A stretch of 48,526 bases of DNA, taken from NCBI GenBank assembly GCA_963729045.1, contig CAVSMN010000005.1, positions 1-48,526 of the forward strand, read 5' to 3'. The notes under the pieces were generated by a model. That model was not told where the DNA came from and did no database searches. It saw only the letters and a list, made by a program, of their open reading frames with translations. Shown piece by piece: positions 10,293 through 20,675 of the stretch. Both the position numbers and the translations under genes were made by a program. The stretch's first letter is position 1, and every line of letters starts with the position of its first letter. The stretch comes from an uncultured Nitrososphaeraceae archaeon (lineage in GTDB: Archaea; Thermoproteota; Nitrososphaeria; Nitrososphaerales; Nitrososphaeraceae).

Positions 10293-10880
10293 ATGAACGA
10301 TAACAAAAAAGTAATGAGAAAATTAAAACTACAGGTAAGTATTTCGGTTGATGGTTGTATAGCAGGACCCAACAATGAAATGGACTGGTTAATTTGCTGT
10401 GATGATTGCATGAAGTATATAGACGATATAGCAGAATCAGTTGATACCATTATTATGGGACGAAAAATGGTTGATGAATTTATTTCACATTGGTCTAATA
10501 GGATGAACAAACCTGATGATCCTTGGAATACATTCGCTAAAAAAATGATCGAAATTCCAAAAATTGTTTTTACGAAAACACTAACCAAGTCAAACTGGAT
10601 AAATACAGAAATTGTAAAAGGTGATCTCAAAGACGAAATTACAAAGTTAAAGAGCAAGAATGGTAAGGACATACTCGTTTATGGGGGTGCTTCATTCGAT
10701 TCTTCCTTGATTAAAGAAAAACTAATTGATGAATTTTATTTGTTAGTTAATCCTATTGTATTCGGAAACGGAAAAACTATCTTCAAAGATTTAAAAGAGA
10801 TCCAAAAACTTACAATAATTGAATCCAAGGTGTTTGACTGTGGTCTGGTTTTGCTCCACTATGAGGTAAAGAAAAATTGA
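10293..10880 (+). CDS. Dihydrofolate reductase-like / RibD C-terminal domain protein
   Basis: ISVDGCIAGP...DW, IIMGRK, PKIVFTKTL, KDILVYGGA, LIDEFYLLVNP...GNGK motifs. Confidence 0.93.
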   Translation: MNDNKKVMRKLKLQVSISVDGCIAGPNNEMDWLICCDDCMKYIDDIAESVDTIIMGRKMVDEFISHWSNRMNKPDDPWNTFAKKMIEIPKIVFTKTLTKSNWINTEIVKGDLKDEITKLKSKNGKDILVYGGASFDSSLIKEKLIDEFYLLVNPIVFGNGKTIFKDLKEIQKLTIIESKVFDCGLVLLHYEVKKN

Positions 10881-11038
10881 AAAATTATTGCTATTCATAG
10901 ACAGGGTTCTAGAGATATTTTAAAACTGGATTGTTGAAGAAATAGATAAAAGATATTTTAAAAAGTTAAAATGATACCATGTTGGATTATCAGAAAGAGT
11001 CAAGATCTTGAATGATTATATTTTACAAAATTTCATCG

Positions 11039-11611
11039 TTATTGTGGGGAGTATTTCCTATGTTTCTCTAAAATATCTTTTATACTTTGACGCGTCTCTT
11101 GATTAGAGTTTGCTATGGATTCCAAGGACCAATATTTTCCATTATTGTATATTAATGATTCTTTTTCAGAATTATGTATTGCGGTCGATACCTCTCCAAT
11201 TAGCATCACATGATCTCCAAATGTGACCTCTTTGAATAACTTACATTCAGCGCTTAACGAAGACCCTTTTACCATCAGAACATCTATGCTGTCCCCCTTA
11301 TAGAACTGAAATCCCAATTCTTCTAAAGCGCCAATTTTGTCATAGTGTCTACCATCGTATCCTCCAGCCACGCTAGCGAGAATTGTTTGATCAGTTGCAC
11401 ATAGACTAATTCCAAATTCTTTTGACATTCTTATATTTTCAACTGTTGTCTTTGTCGGTCCCAAAGAAACCGCTATAAGCCCAGGTCTATAAGATAGATG
11501 ATGGGTCCATTCACATGCCATAATATTATGACTATGAGGACCATTCGTTGTTATCAAGCCTATTGATGTAGCAAATTTGTTTGAACGGGGATCACCCCAA
11601 GGTAAATCCAT
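11039..11611 (-). CDS. Flavin reductase family protein (DIM6/NTAB)
   Basis: GLITT...NIMACEW...S..P.LIAVS...T.ENI..SKEF..S...DK...ECKL...GDH..LIGEV. Confidence 0.93.
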   Translation of the reverse strand: MDLPWGDPRSNKFATSIGLITTNGPHSHNIMACEWTHHLSYRPGLIAVSLGPTKTTVENIRMSKEFGISLCATDQTILASVAGGYDGRHYDKIGALEELGFQFYKGDSIDVLMVKGSSLSAECKLFKEVTFGDHVMLIGEVSTAIHNSEKESLIYNNGKYWSLESIANSNQETRQSIKDILEKHRKYSPQ

Positions 11612-12054
11612 AAGATGTAATTACAAAGCAGATTTAATAAATCATAATCAGCATCGGATTTATTGTTTATCTATTATTAAACCCCTTGGAGCTACTAATG
11701 ACGGTGGTTAAACACCAATTCTAATCATATTGGACACATAAAAAGGCAAATGTTAAGTCAAAAATATTTCTGAGACATTGTTAGGTCATTATGATAAATT
11801 ATTATCAATAAACTACAATCTCGATCAAATATGTTAAGTGTCTAACCAAACATCTGTTAACTTTCATAGTTTCATAATTCTGGGTATAGGGTTGTATTCA
11901 ATCTTGAATCATATCCCACGGATGTATCCAATAGATAAAACATATAAATTATCAATCGGATCGATTTTCTATATAATTCCTGTAGTTAGTATCTAAAACA
12001 AAGATTGAATGAACTTTGAAGGAGATAATAAATTAAGAAATTAAAACTAAACCA

Positions 12055-12062
12055 TTATAAAA
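12055..12062 (+). promoter_or_regulatory. TATA box of the hemerythrin gene
   Basis: TTATAAAA starts 30 nt upstream of the ATG at 12085. Confidence 0.55.
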
Positions 12063-12084
12063 GAAAATGAGCGTTTAGTAATAT

Positions 12085-12630
12085 ATGTCAGCAACAGAAT
12101 CGTTAAGAAGGGATCATGCTTTAATTGAAAAAATGATAAATGCGTTAAAAACCATTTCTCTATTGTTAAATAATGGAAAACAAATACCTGAATCAATTTT
12201 AAAACAAGCAATTGATTTCGCAATCAATTTTACAAATACTTGTCATCATGGAAAGGAGGAAGAATCACTGTTTCCAACCTTGGAAAAAAAAGGTATGCCT
12301 AGACAAGGAGGTCCCATAGCAAGGATGATATATGAACACGAGATAACTAAAGAACTTGCAAACTCCATTGTTAATTCAACTAAAATCTATATCGCTACAG
12401 GAAAACATAATGAACTTGTAAAAAACATTGATGATTATGTTCAACATGTTTCCCTTCATCTATCAAAGGAAAACCAAAAACTTTTTGTTATGGCTGATAT
12501 GTTACTTAATGAACAAGAAAACCTAGTAAATGACAATTTAACCAAGCTGGAGAAAGAAAAATTAGATAAAATAGGAAACTCCCGGGAATACTATGAAAAA
12601 TTAATAGATAACATCAATTTGGATGAGTGA
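12085..12630 (+). CDS. Hemerythrin (HHE cation-binding) domain protein
   Basis: L..DH..I, CHHGKEEESLFP, GPI..M..EHE, HLSKENQ.LF motifs. Confidence 0.93.
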   Translation: MSATESLRRDHALIEKMINALKTISLLLNNGKQIPESILKQAIDFAINFTNTCHHGKEEESLFPTLEKKGMPRQGGPIARMIYEHEITKELANSIVNSTKIYIATGKHNELVKNIDDYVQHVSLHLSKENQKLFVMADMLLNEQENLVNDNLTKLEKEKLDKIGNSREYYEKLIDNINLDE

Positions 12631-13425
12631 TAACTCTTTTGTTATTTAGATTCTATTAAATTATGTTAGAAATACAAATTTGGTATTCGGACCCTTTTAT
12701 CTACTAAACTCAAACCCTCTTTGGGCCCGTTTCTTTGTTTTTATAATTAATTGTAAAAAAATTGGTTCGAATTTGCATGCTTATTAATATAAATTCATAA
12801 CAGGAGTTTAGATCCCCTTGTCGCCCGATATTTGATAATTGGGTATAGAAATAGACTCCCTGTTTTTGTAACAAGGCTATGAACCTCACTCCTATTTAAC
12901 ATCAGAAAGAAATGAATTCTAGAAAATAATTTCACTTTTTGTCAAGACTATCTCATAGTATCATAAGGCAATAATTTAAAAGAACACGATTTAATTATAT
13001 GCTCTTCTATTCATCTAGGTAAACTAAACACAAGAGTAAATCCAATACTGTCGTTATCATTAAAAACCCAAATTCTACACCATAAGCCACAAGTCATTTT
13101 CTAGAATTAAATGATCCCAGATCAGTTCCAAAATTAGCGATATTTCTTAAGAATTAACGACATAGACAATATTGATCAAATGTTTATGGGAATGATAATA
13201 TCCTATTCGATATGGATCTGAACAAGGCAGTTGTACAATCAACCTGATTAGATATCAAACCCACTAATTAAAATATAGTTTCAATTGGGTATTGGATGAA
13301 CTTGGAAAATAATAAAGTTGTTTATAAGTGAAGGACAATACATCAAAAAGTCTCACTATTTTCATTAAGAGCCTGTTAAAAAGCCACAGAGTGAATGGAG
13401 AAGTAAATCATTCAACTAGTATTAT

Positions 13426-13821
13426 TTATTTAGATTTCTCTTTTATTCCCACTGAACCATCATAATTGGGCATAAACTTATCAATGTTAGGCATCTTATT
13501 GTATTCTTCCTTTATTCTAATAGCATTAGATAGAAAATTATCTTTAATGAGGTCTAACTGATTTATCATCGATTTTTTTGATTCCTCATTTAGGGTTAAA
13601 AAATTTGATTCCACCTTTTCAATATTGCTTACTATTTCGTTATTTCCAAACATGTTAGAATAGTTTTTCATTATCGATGCATTTGTTTCGATCATCTGTT
13701 TCTGTTGAAGATATGCATTTTCAATCATATTTTTGAATTGAGCATAATTTAACTCGATCATCTGTTTCTGTTGAAGATATGCATTTTCAATCATATTTTT
13801 GAACTTCTCATTGTTAGTCAT
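13426..13821 (-). CDS. Helical Asn/Gln/Met-rich hypothetical protein with an internal 22-aa duplication (phasin-like candidate)
   Basis: FKNMIENAYLQQKQMIE occurs twice. Amphipathic all-helical composition with no Cys, Trp or His. Confidence 0.7.
   Translation of the reverse strand: MTNNEKFKNMIENAYLQQKQMIELNYAQFKNMIENAYLQQKQMIETNASIMKNYSNMFGNNEIVSNIEKVESNFLTLNEESKKSMINQLDLIKDNFLSNAIRIKEEYNKMPNIDKFMPNYDGSVGIKEKSK
13688..13803. repeat. Perfect 50-bp direct repeat, period 66 bp
   Basis: TCGATCATCTGTTTCTGTTGAAGATATGCATTTTCAATCATATTTTTGAA at 13688-13737 and 13754-13803. Confidence 0.95.
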
Positions 13822-14453
13822 TATATATCCTGATTTTGTTTTTAAAAATAATTATATAAATATTGTTATTTCTTAAATTACTAATCAATTTATTTTTAAT
13901 AATCTATAAAAAATTGATATAATTGTTTAACCAATGATAAGAAATACACTGAAATTATTTTACTAATTTTATTATATTATGAAAATATTCCAATCAATAA
14001 TTGGGGTTTACGTTTATTCCGTTAATAATTCTAGATCTATTAAGCTGTTAATGCATTTGATTGTACTACAATTACTCTTCTTTAGTGACCTTCCGGTCGT
14101 TTCACATATTTTGGAGTCAAGTATGATTCTCATCTACTTTTTGATTTAAATCCTTAAACTTAACCTACTCAATCATTTGTTTTGGCTTTTGTAACTAGTG
14201 TATTCTAAATGAAACCTGAATATAGTAACCATAAAAAATAATATTAGGAGAAGAGAAATCCCCATCATTGTGAGTAATATAATATCATTAATACTGGGTT
14301 TAGATTACACGCTGGTGGCTAGCTTAAAAAGAGATAGCAAAGTTACCATAGTTGCTGCGATTTTGAATAGTAGTGGTAATCACTAGTAACCAATAAATGT
14401 ACAAATGGAAACTAGTACAAGGAAGAAGGAATGGCATTATACTTCTTGCTCCT

Positions 14454-14732
14454 TCATTGTATTACATATACTTGCAAGGATGCCTGATCTTCCGATCGTG
14501 CTAGTTTCTGTTGTTGCACTTTTTGTTTTAATATATTATTAAATTGTCTTTTTAGCCGTGCATTCTTTGGTTTTAGTCTTAATCTATGTCCACAGCATGG
14601 ACAGTAATTGTCAAGATCCCATGTTAAGAATAATTCGCATGTTCCACATCTTTTTTGACCGATAGCATACCTTGTATGCGTGGAATCACCGTTAATGGCT
14701 ATATATTTCTGACATTCTCTTCTACAAGCCAT
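14454..14732 (-). CDS. Small Cys-rich Zn-binding protein of a conserved thaumarchaeal family
   Basis: MAC...C...RY..GQKRC..CE.F..W....CPCCG.RLR.KP signature. Start placed at ATG 14732. Confidence 0.85.
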   Translation of the reverse strand: MACRRECQKYIAINGDSTHTRYAIGQKRCGTCELFLTWDLDNYCPCCGHRLRLKPKNARLKRQFNNILKQKVQQQKLARSEDQASLQVYVIQ

Positions 14733-15043
14733 TGGGTACAATGTTCTTTGACAAGGTAGAAAAGGATATGGTTCAATTAATGGTTTATTTTAGATGTTAA
14801 TTTGAATCTAACAAAAATAGTTTTAGGTGTCAAGGATAAATATGACTAAAGAAGATAAATTACCCTCATGATTCGCAGAAATGACATATATACTTCAGAA
14901 CTAATATGAAACAGACATACTTACAATTCTATTTAGTTTTTCCTATAGCAAATTTGCAATACTTGTGTGGTCTGTCCTCTACTTGCGTAAATCAAAAAGT
15001 AAACCTTTTCTATCCAAATAATGAACTTGCTTCGTTTCATGAT

Positions 15044-15186
15044 GACAAATTTGATGCAAATAAACTTGGATTTTATGTACGCATGGGTTGGATTATGACT
15101 ACCAACTTTGGTCAGCAAATTGTATTGTACCGTGGTTCAACCGCGCATGGTTATAATGCCCTTTTAACCTTTAACCCCCGAAGTGG
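15044..15186 (+). pseudogene. Fragment resembling the C-terminal strands of a serine hydrolase / beta-lactamase-family protein
   Basis: GFYVRMGW..TTNFGQQIVLYRGST.HGYNA.LTFNP resembles the Y.LGW...IWH.G...GY.A...F.P segment. The SxxK region is absent. Confidence 0.5.
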
Positions 15187-15876
15187 CAGGGTTACAAATT
15201 GCCTGGAAAATAAAATCCTTTGGATTACGATGAGTCAGAGACCTTCAGGTTATAGAATTCCAACTGGAGAAAAAATAAGAACGTTGTTGGGATATCCTGA
15301 AATAAGATTAAAGCCCACTAGGAACAGACAAACCCACGATGCTATTTAGGATTAACGTTACTATTTGATGTAATCATCCCTATAATGGGGTTTTATTACA
15401 TCAGATTACTTGATGTTTTCAGTAGTGAGTTAAGCCATTTTCGGATGCCCTTTTGAATTTTGAAATTAGAACTCATAATCCCAGACCGAAAGATAGTTTA
15501 ATTGCTAAAAATTATCTGTTCAAATTTTTGGATAATCATATGAGGATGATTCTATTTTGTGAGCCACAGTGTTTAATGGAATCTTTAGATTAAGAATTGA
15601 CAAAATATAGAACCTCCAAAATCTATACTGGCAAGTATTACAACCACTCAGATTTCAAGATCTAAAATCTGGAAATTTGTGATGATGAAAAGACTATTTT
15701 CTTAATGGGAATACAAGTTCAAGGCTAGGAGCACTCTTGATACAAAAACAATAAAGATAGACTAAATCACATATTTAGGTGACTGCATAAACTGATAGGT
15801 ATCATAACTACGAATACTCAATTCAAATGAACAGAGGTTTCTAAATATAGGATAGGTAGGCATTAGAATGAAGAAA

Positions 15877-16119
15877 TTAACAAAGTGAACTTAATTCATC
15901 TATTTCCTTCTCAACTATAAGTAGTTCATGTTTATCAGTGGTACAATTTAGTAGATTCCTGCATGCTTGGATTTGTGATAGTATCAATTGTTTCCTATCA
16001 ATACATAAACTATGAACCGGTTCAGAAAAACCATATACAATCCCCTTATTATTAATACAGCCACAAATTTTTGCCTCACAAATTAATTGTGATTCAGACA
16101 TAGAAATATTCATTTTCAT
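15877..16119 (-). CDS. Small hypothetical protein
   Basis: 80-aa ORF with CEA.ICGC...EPVHSLC..RK..IL.QI.AC..LL...EKEI.EL pattern. TATA-like TATATAGA upstream. Confidence 0.6.
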   Translation of the reverse strand: MKMNISMSESQLICEAKICGCINNKGIVYGFSEPVHSLCIDRKQLILSQIQACRNLLNCTTDKHELLIVEKEIDELSSLC

Positions 16120-16321
16120 TGCTCCGTCTATTGATGCATTTATTTGATATTATTCTATATACCACTAGGGTAATAGTAACGTAATTTAGTATTATTACTA
16201 TTCAAAAGTTTCAATTTTTGTATGAGTACTTCAGCTATAATTCTCAATAAGCAAAGCTTTAGTATTATTTATCGTATCTTTTTGATTTGATATTTCCTGA
16301 TTCGAATCCACATAACCCAAT

Positions 16322-16501
16322 TCATTTGATTCCGTTAGTCTTTTCATACTCGTTACTATTGTCTAAACTATTTAAATTATTATCATTTAGATCATCAGGT
16401 AACGGTATGTCATCCTCGTTTGAACCACTTGTTAATTCGTAATTGTATGCATTCAATTTTCGACCTTTTAATTTGGGAATTCTTGTTATTATTTTGTCCA
16501 T
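16322..16501 (-). CDS. Possible 59-aa acidic hypothetical protein or gene remnant
   Basis: ATG at 16501 preceded by GGAG and TTTATAT. Reads MDKIITRIPKLKGRKLNAYNYELTSGSNEDDIPLPDD... Below the ORF-track cutoff. Confidence 0.3.
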   Translation of the reverse strand: MDKIITRIPKLKGRKLNAYNYELTSGSNEDDIPLPDDLNDNNLNSLDNSNEYEKTNGIK

Positions 16502-16911
16502 GGTTAAACTCCCAAAACAAAGATATAAAAAAAGTGAAGGAATCTAGTTAAGAGTCCATGTAACATTATTACTGCTTCCTATAACTAAAGTCATGAATCC
16601 TCTAATAATATCCATCATTAATAAATTCCAGAGGGCAAAGAGATTCATCTATCAGTTAGACTATAAAATATAAACTCCATATAACAAACAGATCAATCAT
16701 TTTTTGTAGTAACCATCGTAATATAGCAACGCTAAATTAATTCGTCTTTTGCTATTCAAACTAATTAAGAGTTACACAATGAGATTGAAAATATGGATAT
16801 TAATATTAGTTACCTTGACAGAAACAGCAGTAACAGAGTTAATCGATACTAGAACTATATTGCCTTATTACTTTTATACAGAATAAGCGAGATAATGTCT
16901 GTAAGAGATAA

Positions 16912-17459
16912 TTGAAGTCTTTTGATTCATTAAAACGTGGAAGTCACGTATTTGTAATATCCAATTCAAAGAAAATTGAATTGTATGATTTCCATTCCTA
17001 CATAAAAAATGGTATAGACCATAATGAATTAGTAATCATTTTTTTAGAAAATTACTCAAAAGATAAGATCTACAATGCAGTGAACAAGTCTATAAATTTC
17101 ATAAATGATAAGAATCACAAAGAGAATGGTAATATCCTTATCAACCGACAGCAGAATGGTATCATCCAGACGAGTGTTTGAATGCAGAAATATTTATTAA
17201 AAAATGGGGGACTCTGGTCGCTAATGCCATTAAAAATGGCAAAGAAGGTATTCGTATAATTGTAGAGACAAATAAATTTTTGAGGGAAAGACTTGATAAC
17301 GCCTTAATTATCTATGATAAAATTCTAGAAGACCTGTTTGATTTTCCCATTACTTCCATGTATATTTACAAAAATAAAGATATAGAATCAATGACCCCCC
17401 AACAAATTGCGATATTGAACTCAAATCATGGGTACCGTCTAGATGAATTGGTGGCCTGA
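16912..17459 (+). pseudogene. MEDS sensory domain protein with one frameshift at ~17143
   Basis: GSHVFVI...YIKNGIDHNE...; adding one A gives ILIKPTAEWYHPDECLNAE..IKKW..LV..AIKNGKEGIRI...YDKILE..FDFPITSMYIY, joining ORFs 16912-17181 and 17178-17459. Confidence 0.8.
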
Positions 17460-17836
17460 CATAAATATAGTCATTTACTGTGCATTGTATCAAACCAATC
17501 TCTTGTCAGACATTTTATTTCATTAAAAAGCAAATACAAGTTCAAGGTTCTCTTTGCAGATATTGTTGATTTCAAAGGTTTATTGACCAAGACGATATAA
17601 TCAGATGGCAATATTCAGGATTAAAATTAATCTCTAGTTTAACAGTTTATGAATAGAATGATTTAAATTTTATCATCTTATGACCATATTAAAATAACAA
17701 TATTGACACACATAATTAACAATATGAACTAATTTAAATTCAAGAAAATATTCTTTGGTCAAATCGACCATACTTTGAAGGCAGTAAAATAACAATATTT
17801 AAGTGATATAATATTTGAAAACCCCAAGATTGAAAC

Positions 17837-17855
17837 TAGTAATTAAAGATTACTA
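17837..17855. promoter_or_regulatory. Candidate operator TAGTAAT-N5-ATTACTA
   Basis: Perfect 7-bp inverted repeat about 95 nt upstream of a wHTH regulator gene. Related half-sites recur nearby. Confidence 0.4.
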
Positions 17856-17948
17856 AACAGAGTACCTATTATAGAGATGTAAAAAAAGTAATATTAATAC
17901 CAATTCACTAATACTATTTAATCAACAAGGACTTTGAAGTGAGAAGGA

Positions 17949-18269
17949 ATGGGTATAAAAAGAAAGAAAAGGTTATCTCCAGAGTATACCATATTATCCA
18001 TTCTAGAATACCTCTGTATATCCTCAAAGGATACACCAATATCAAAATACCACATTATTAATAAATTGCCCGGAATTAAACAGCAGAGATCAGATAGGAT
18101 CAACGATTTGATGGAAGAGTTAGAAAATAATGGATTCATTCAATCTATTAAAACACCCAATTCAACATTTTACAAGATCACAGAGAAAGGAGTAGAAGCA
18201 TATCACAAATGGATAAAATCTTTTCTAGATTTTTCCAGATCAGTTAATAAATTGGATCCCGAATTTTGA
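17949..18269 (+). CDS. Winged helix-turn-helix transcriptional regulator
   Basis: ILSILEYL...ISKYHII...RINDLMEELENNGFI...YKITEKG wing motif. Confidence 0.85.
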   Translation: MGIKRKKRLSPEYTILSILEYLCISSKDTPISKYHIINKLPGIKQQRSDRINDLMEELENNGFIQSIKTPNSTFYKITEKGVEAYHKWIKSFLDFSRSVNKLDPEF

Positions 18270-18298
18270 TTAAGGTTTATTTGACTAAGAGAATATCA

Positions 18299-19125
18299 TC
18301 AAACTGAATTAATGATACCTGGTTTTTCGATTATGATTAGGTAGCCTATTGATCTTGTTGGAATAATTTTTAGCATAATCCATTGCTTCAGTTGTTATTT
18401 CATTTCCAGCCAACAATGCTAGTCCAATATATTTATTAGTAGATTTAGAATATTCTAACACTGATCTAATAAACAACTTGATTTCATTTGTATCAATTGT
18501 ATTAGGATTGGTAACTATCCTTCCAACTACTGCGCCATACTCATTTAGTTTATTTATGATAAAGTCATTATCATCACCGCCATCATTAGATATAATCTTA
18601 TCACCATCGATCAAAATATCAAACACAGTATCTTTAGAAATTCTCTGGTCAAAGAATAATGTCAATATTATCTTTATTTTTGGAAATATATTTTTTAATG
18701 GGCTCTCCAATTTCACCAATATTCTCAATAATGGAAAAGAGGAGTGTTTTTTTATCAAGATTTGAAAGACCAATGCTGATTAATGATCCAATTGAGTTTT
18801 TTTCAAAAACATAAGCCCAGTTATCAAGTTTTTTTCGAGTATTTAGAATGATTCTTAATAAGAATACGATAATTCCTATGGCTACAAAAGCAATTAATGA
18901 GAGAACAATATCGTATTCATCTTCAGGTAAAAATTTAATATATCCTTTAACAGCTGCTGTATCTATAAAAACTAATAATGCAAAGGCCACCAAAACTGAG
19001 AGTAATACGTAGAGAATACGCTCTATGGAGCGAATCGAAGATACAGCTTTTTGTGAATATGTAGTTATCAAAGTAGGAGAAAAAGAATTCAGATCTGAAC
19101 TATCTTGGTTGTCGAAATTTTTCAT
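18299..19125 (-). pseudogene. Two-TM membrane protein with C-terminal Mrr/restriction-endonuclease-like fold, frameshifted at ~18660 and ~18343
   Basis: Overlapping ORFs 18649-19125 (two hydrophobic helices) and 18309-18773 join with a 1-nt correction. The tail FDILID...IDTNEIKLFIRSV...GLALLAGNEITTEAMDYAK...I.LIIIE resembles the Mrr_cat C-terminus. Confidence 0.65.
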
Positions 19126-19808
19126 TAACTACGACATTAATTGTTTAGAGAAAGTATATAAATTAAATAGTAACTAAATTACAGTAGTGAGATTATTACC
19201 AAGACACGGATGATCATATGGCTTGGGCCACCAAAATCAGTTTTAGGGCATAATCTATGATATTTTTGTTCGTAATATATGAAGTGGGTCTTGAAATACT
19301 CTACGAATGTTGCCTCTAATTATCATGTACATTTTTTTTCAAACTAATCGAGGATATATAGTAACATTATAAGATACATTCAATACGAATACCATCATAT
19401 TATTTATTAATTGATAACATCTTATTCTTACTACCTATTAAAGTATTACAAGAATTATAACAAAACAAGTATATGATAATTCATGCATTACCATTACAAA
19501 CAAAATGTCTTTATCTTCTCACATAAATATACTGAATCTATGCTAGAAAAATTTTCTTGAAGACATGAAACCCTTTTGAATAATTAGTTGAATTAGAACC
19601 AAATTGAATTCGTGTGGGAGCGGGCGGAACTAAATTAAATTAGTTAAATTTGATGACAGACTTTTTCAGATGTCCAATAAAACCGTATCCTTAATTTGTC
19701 TCTATCATGAAAGGGACTCTCCAAAAAAAACAAAATCAGGGCAAATAATTCCTATTCAGTAACTAATTTAATATGGATTCCCATATAATATTATACTTTT
19801 ATAAAAGC

Positions 19809-19885
19809 TTGTAGGCTTTGGCGCAAGCCAATAAAGGTCTTGAGATAGCGTAACAGATCTCAATACCAAGACCCAATACCTACAA
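19809..19885 (+). ncRNA. Candidate ~77-nt structured RNA (three-way junction)
   Basis: Outer stem TTGTAGG/CCTACAA, hairpin TTGGC-GCAA-GCCAA (GNRA loop), arm GGTCTTG/CAAGACC enclosing AGAT/ATCT. ATATAATA lies about 26 nt upstream. No known family recognised. Confidence 0.35.
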
Positions 19886-20351
19886 ATACAAAATGTGTTT
19901 ACATTTTCATAATAGCCTTTTAATTAACGGTCAGATTGTGTGTAAATTACATTCAATTCATGATAGAGAAACAAGACGCTATACAAACTTGGTCATTTTT
20001 TGATATAGGTAACTATGGATAATACACCCGGAAATCACAAATCGATCACTAGGGTTATCACTGTTTTTACACTGACAGAATCTATCCTGAATAATATCAC
20101 TCATACGAAGAAAGTGGTTTGTGAATTTTGGCTTGAATTTTGTATCCTTTTGATAAAACATTTAGAGAAATCGATATGGGAAGAAATAGCATCTTAATGT
20201 GCCAAGCAGAATTCCATCTGATATCTACAAAAACATAATGGAAATATGATATCCTTGAACTAAACAAAATTTAGATATAATATTGAAAATAAAGGGTTGT
20301 AAACTTAAATATGTAAAATCCAAGGTATTTAAAAGGAGGATAGATTCTTAT

Positions 20352-20675
20352 TTATTGACCAGTAATTTCTTTGAATTGTTTAAATTCTATTGGTCTAGAC
20401 ACCAAATCTTTTATTTTAGATCTCAGTGCTACTGATTCTTGACTCTGGTAATGTTTGTCGTAAGATTCTTTGCTATCCCAGACTTCATCAAATAATAGTT
20501 CATTTGGATTTTCTATTGATGAATTAAATGTATAGATTAAGCTACCTTCTCTTTTTCTTGGAGGATCAACAAGGGGAACTAGAAGGTTTAATAACTCTTG
20601 CTTCTTTCCTTCCTTTGCATAAATCAATACTAGTACTCTTATCTGAGAACTTTCACTGTTAGACTGCATTTGCAT
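20352..20675 (-). CDS. Antibiotic biosynthesis monooxygenase (ABM) / putative quinol monooxygenase
   Basis: AKEGK.QEL...L..LV...RKREG...Y...S.ENPNE.LF.EVW.SKE..DKH. Start uncertain (ATG 20687, 20675 or 20669). Confidence 0.88.
   Translation of the reverse strand: MQMQSNSESSQIRVLVLIYAKEGKKQELLNLLVPLVDPPRKREGSLIYTFNSSIENPNELLFDEVWDSKESYDKHYQSQESVALRSKIKDLVSRPIEFKQFKEITGQ

Noticed and set aside
10211..10672. 153-aa minus-strand ORF, and similar shadows at 2135, 2627, 3048, 17918, 18478, 23125, 24097, 24279, 24834, 26580, 37343, 37902, 38632, 42415, 43983, 44556, 45856, 46894 and 47621
   Set aside because: Antisense shadows of well-supported genes, with typical Ser/Phe/Leu-rich composition.
11745..11870. 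IS6-TIR-like words (TGTTAAGT twice, CTGTTAACTT); also GAGCCTGTT near 13369
   Set aside because: Too short, with no paired end or transposase fragment.
13688..13803. Possible CRISPR mini-array
   Set aside because: Only two copies, a 16-nt spacer, in frame inside a CDS, and no cas genes.
14906..15349. 147-aa ORF as an intact gene
   Set aside because: Only the middle resembles a serine-hydrolase fragment. The flanks look unrelated, so it is probably a chance fusion of remnants.
15710..17547. 15-bp match AATACAAGTTCAAGG at 15710-15724 and 17533-17547
   Set aside because: Several matches of this length are expected by chance in 48 kb of AT-rich DNA, and there is no supporting element structure.
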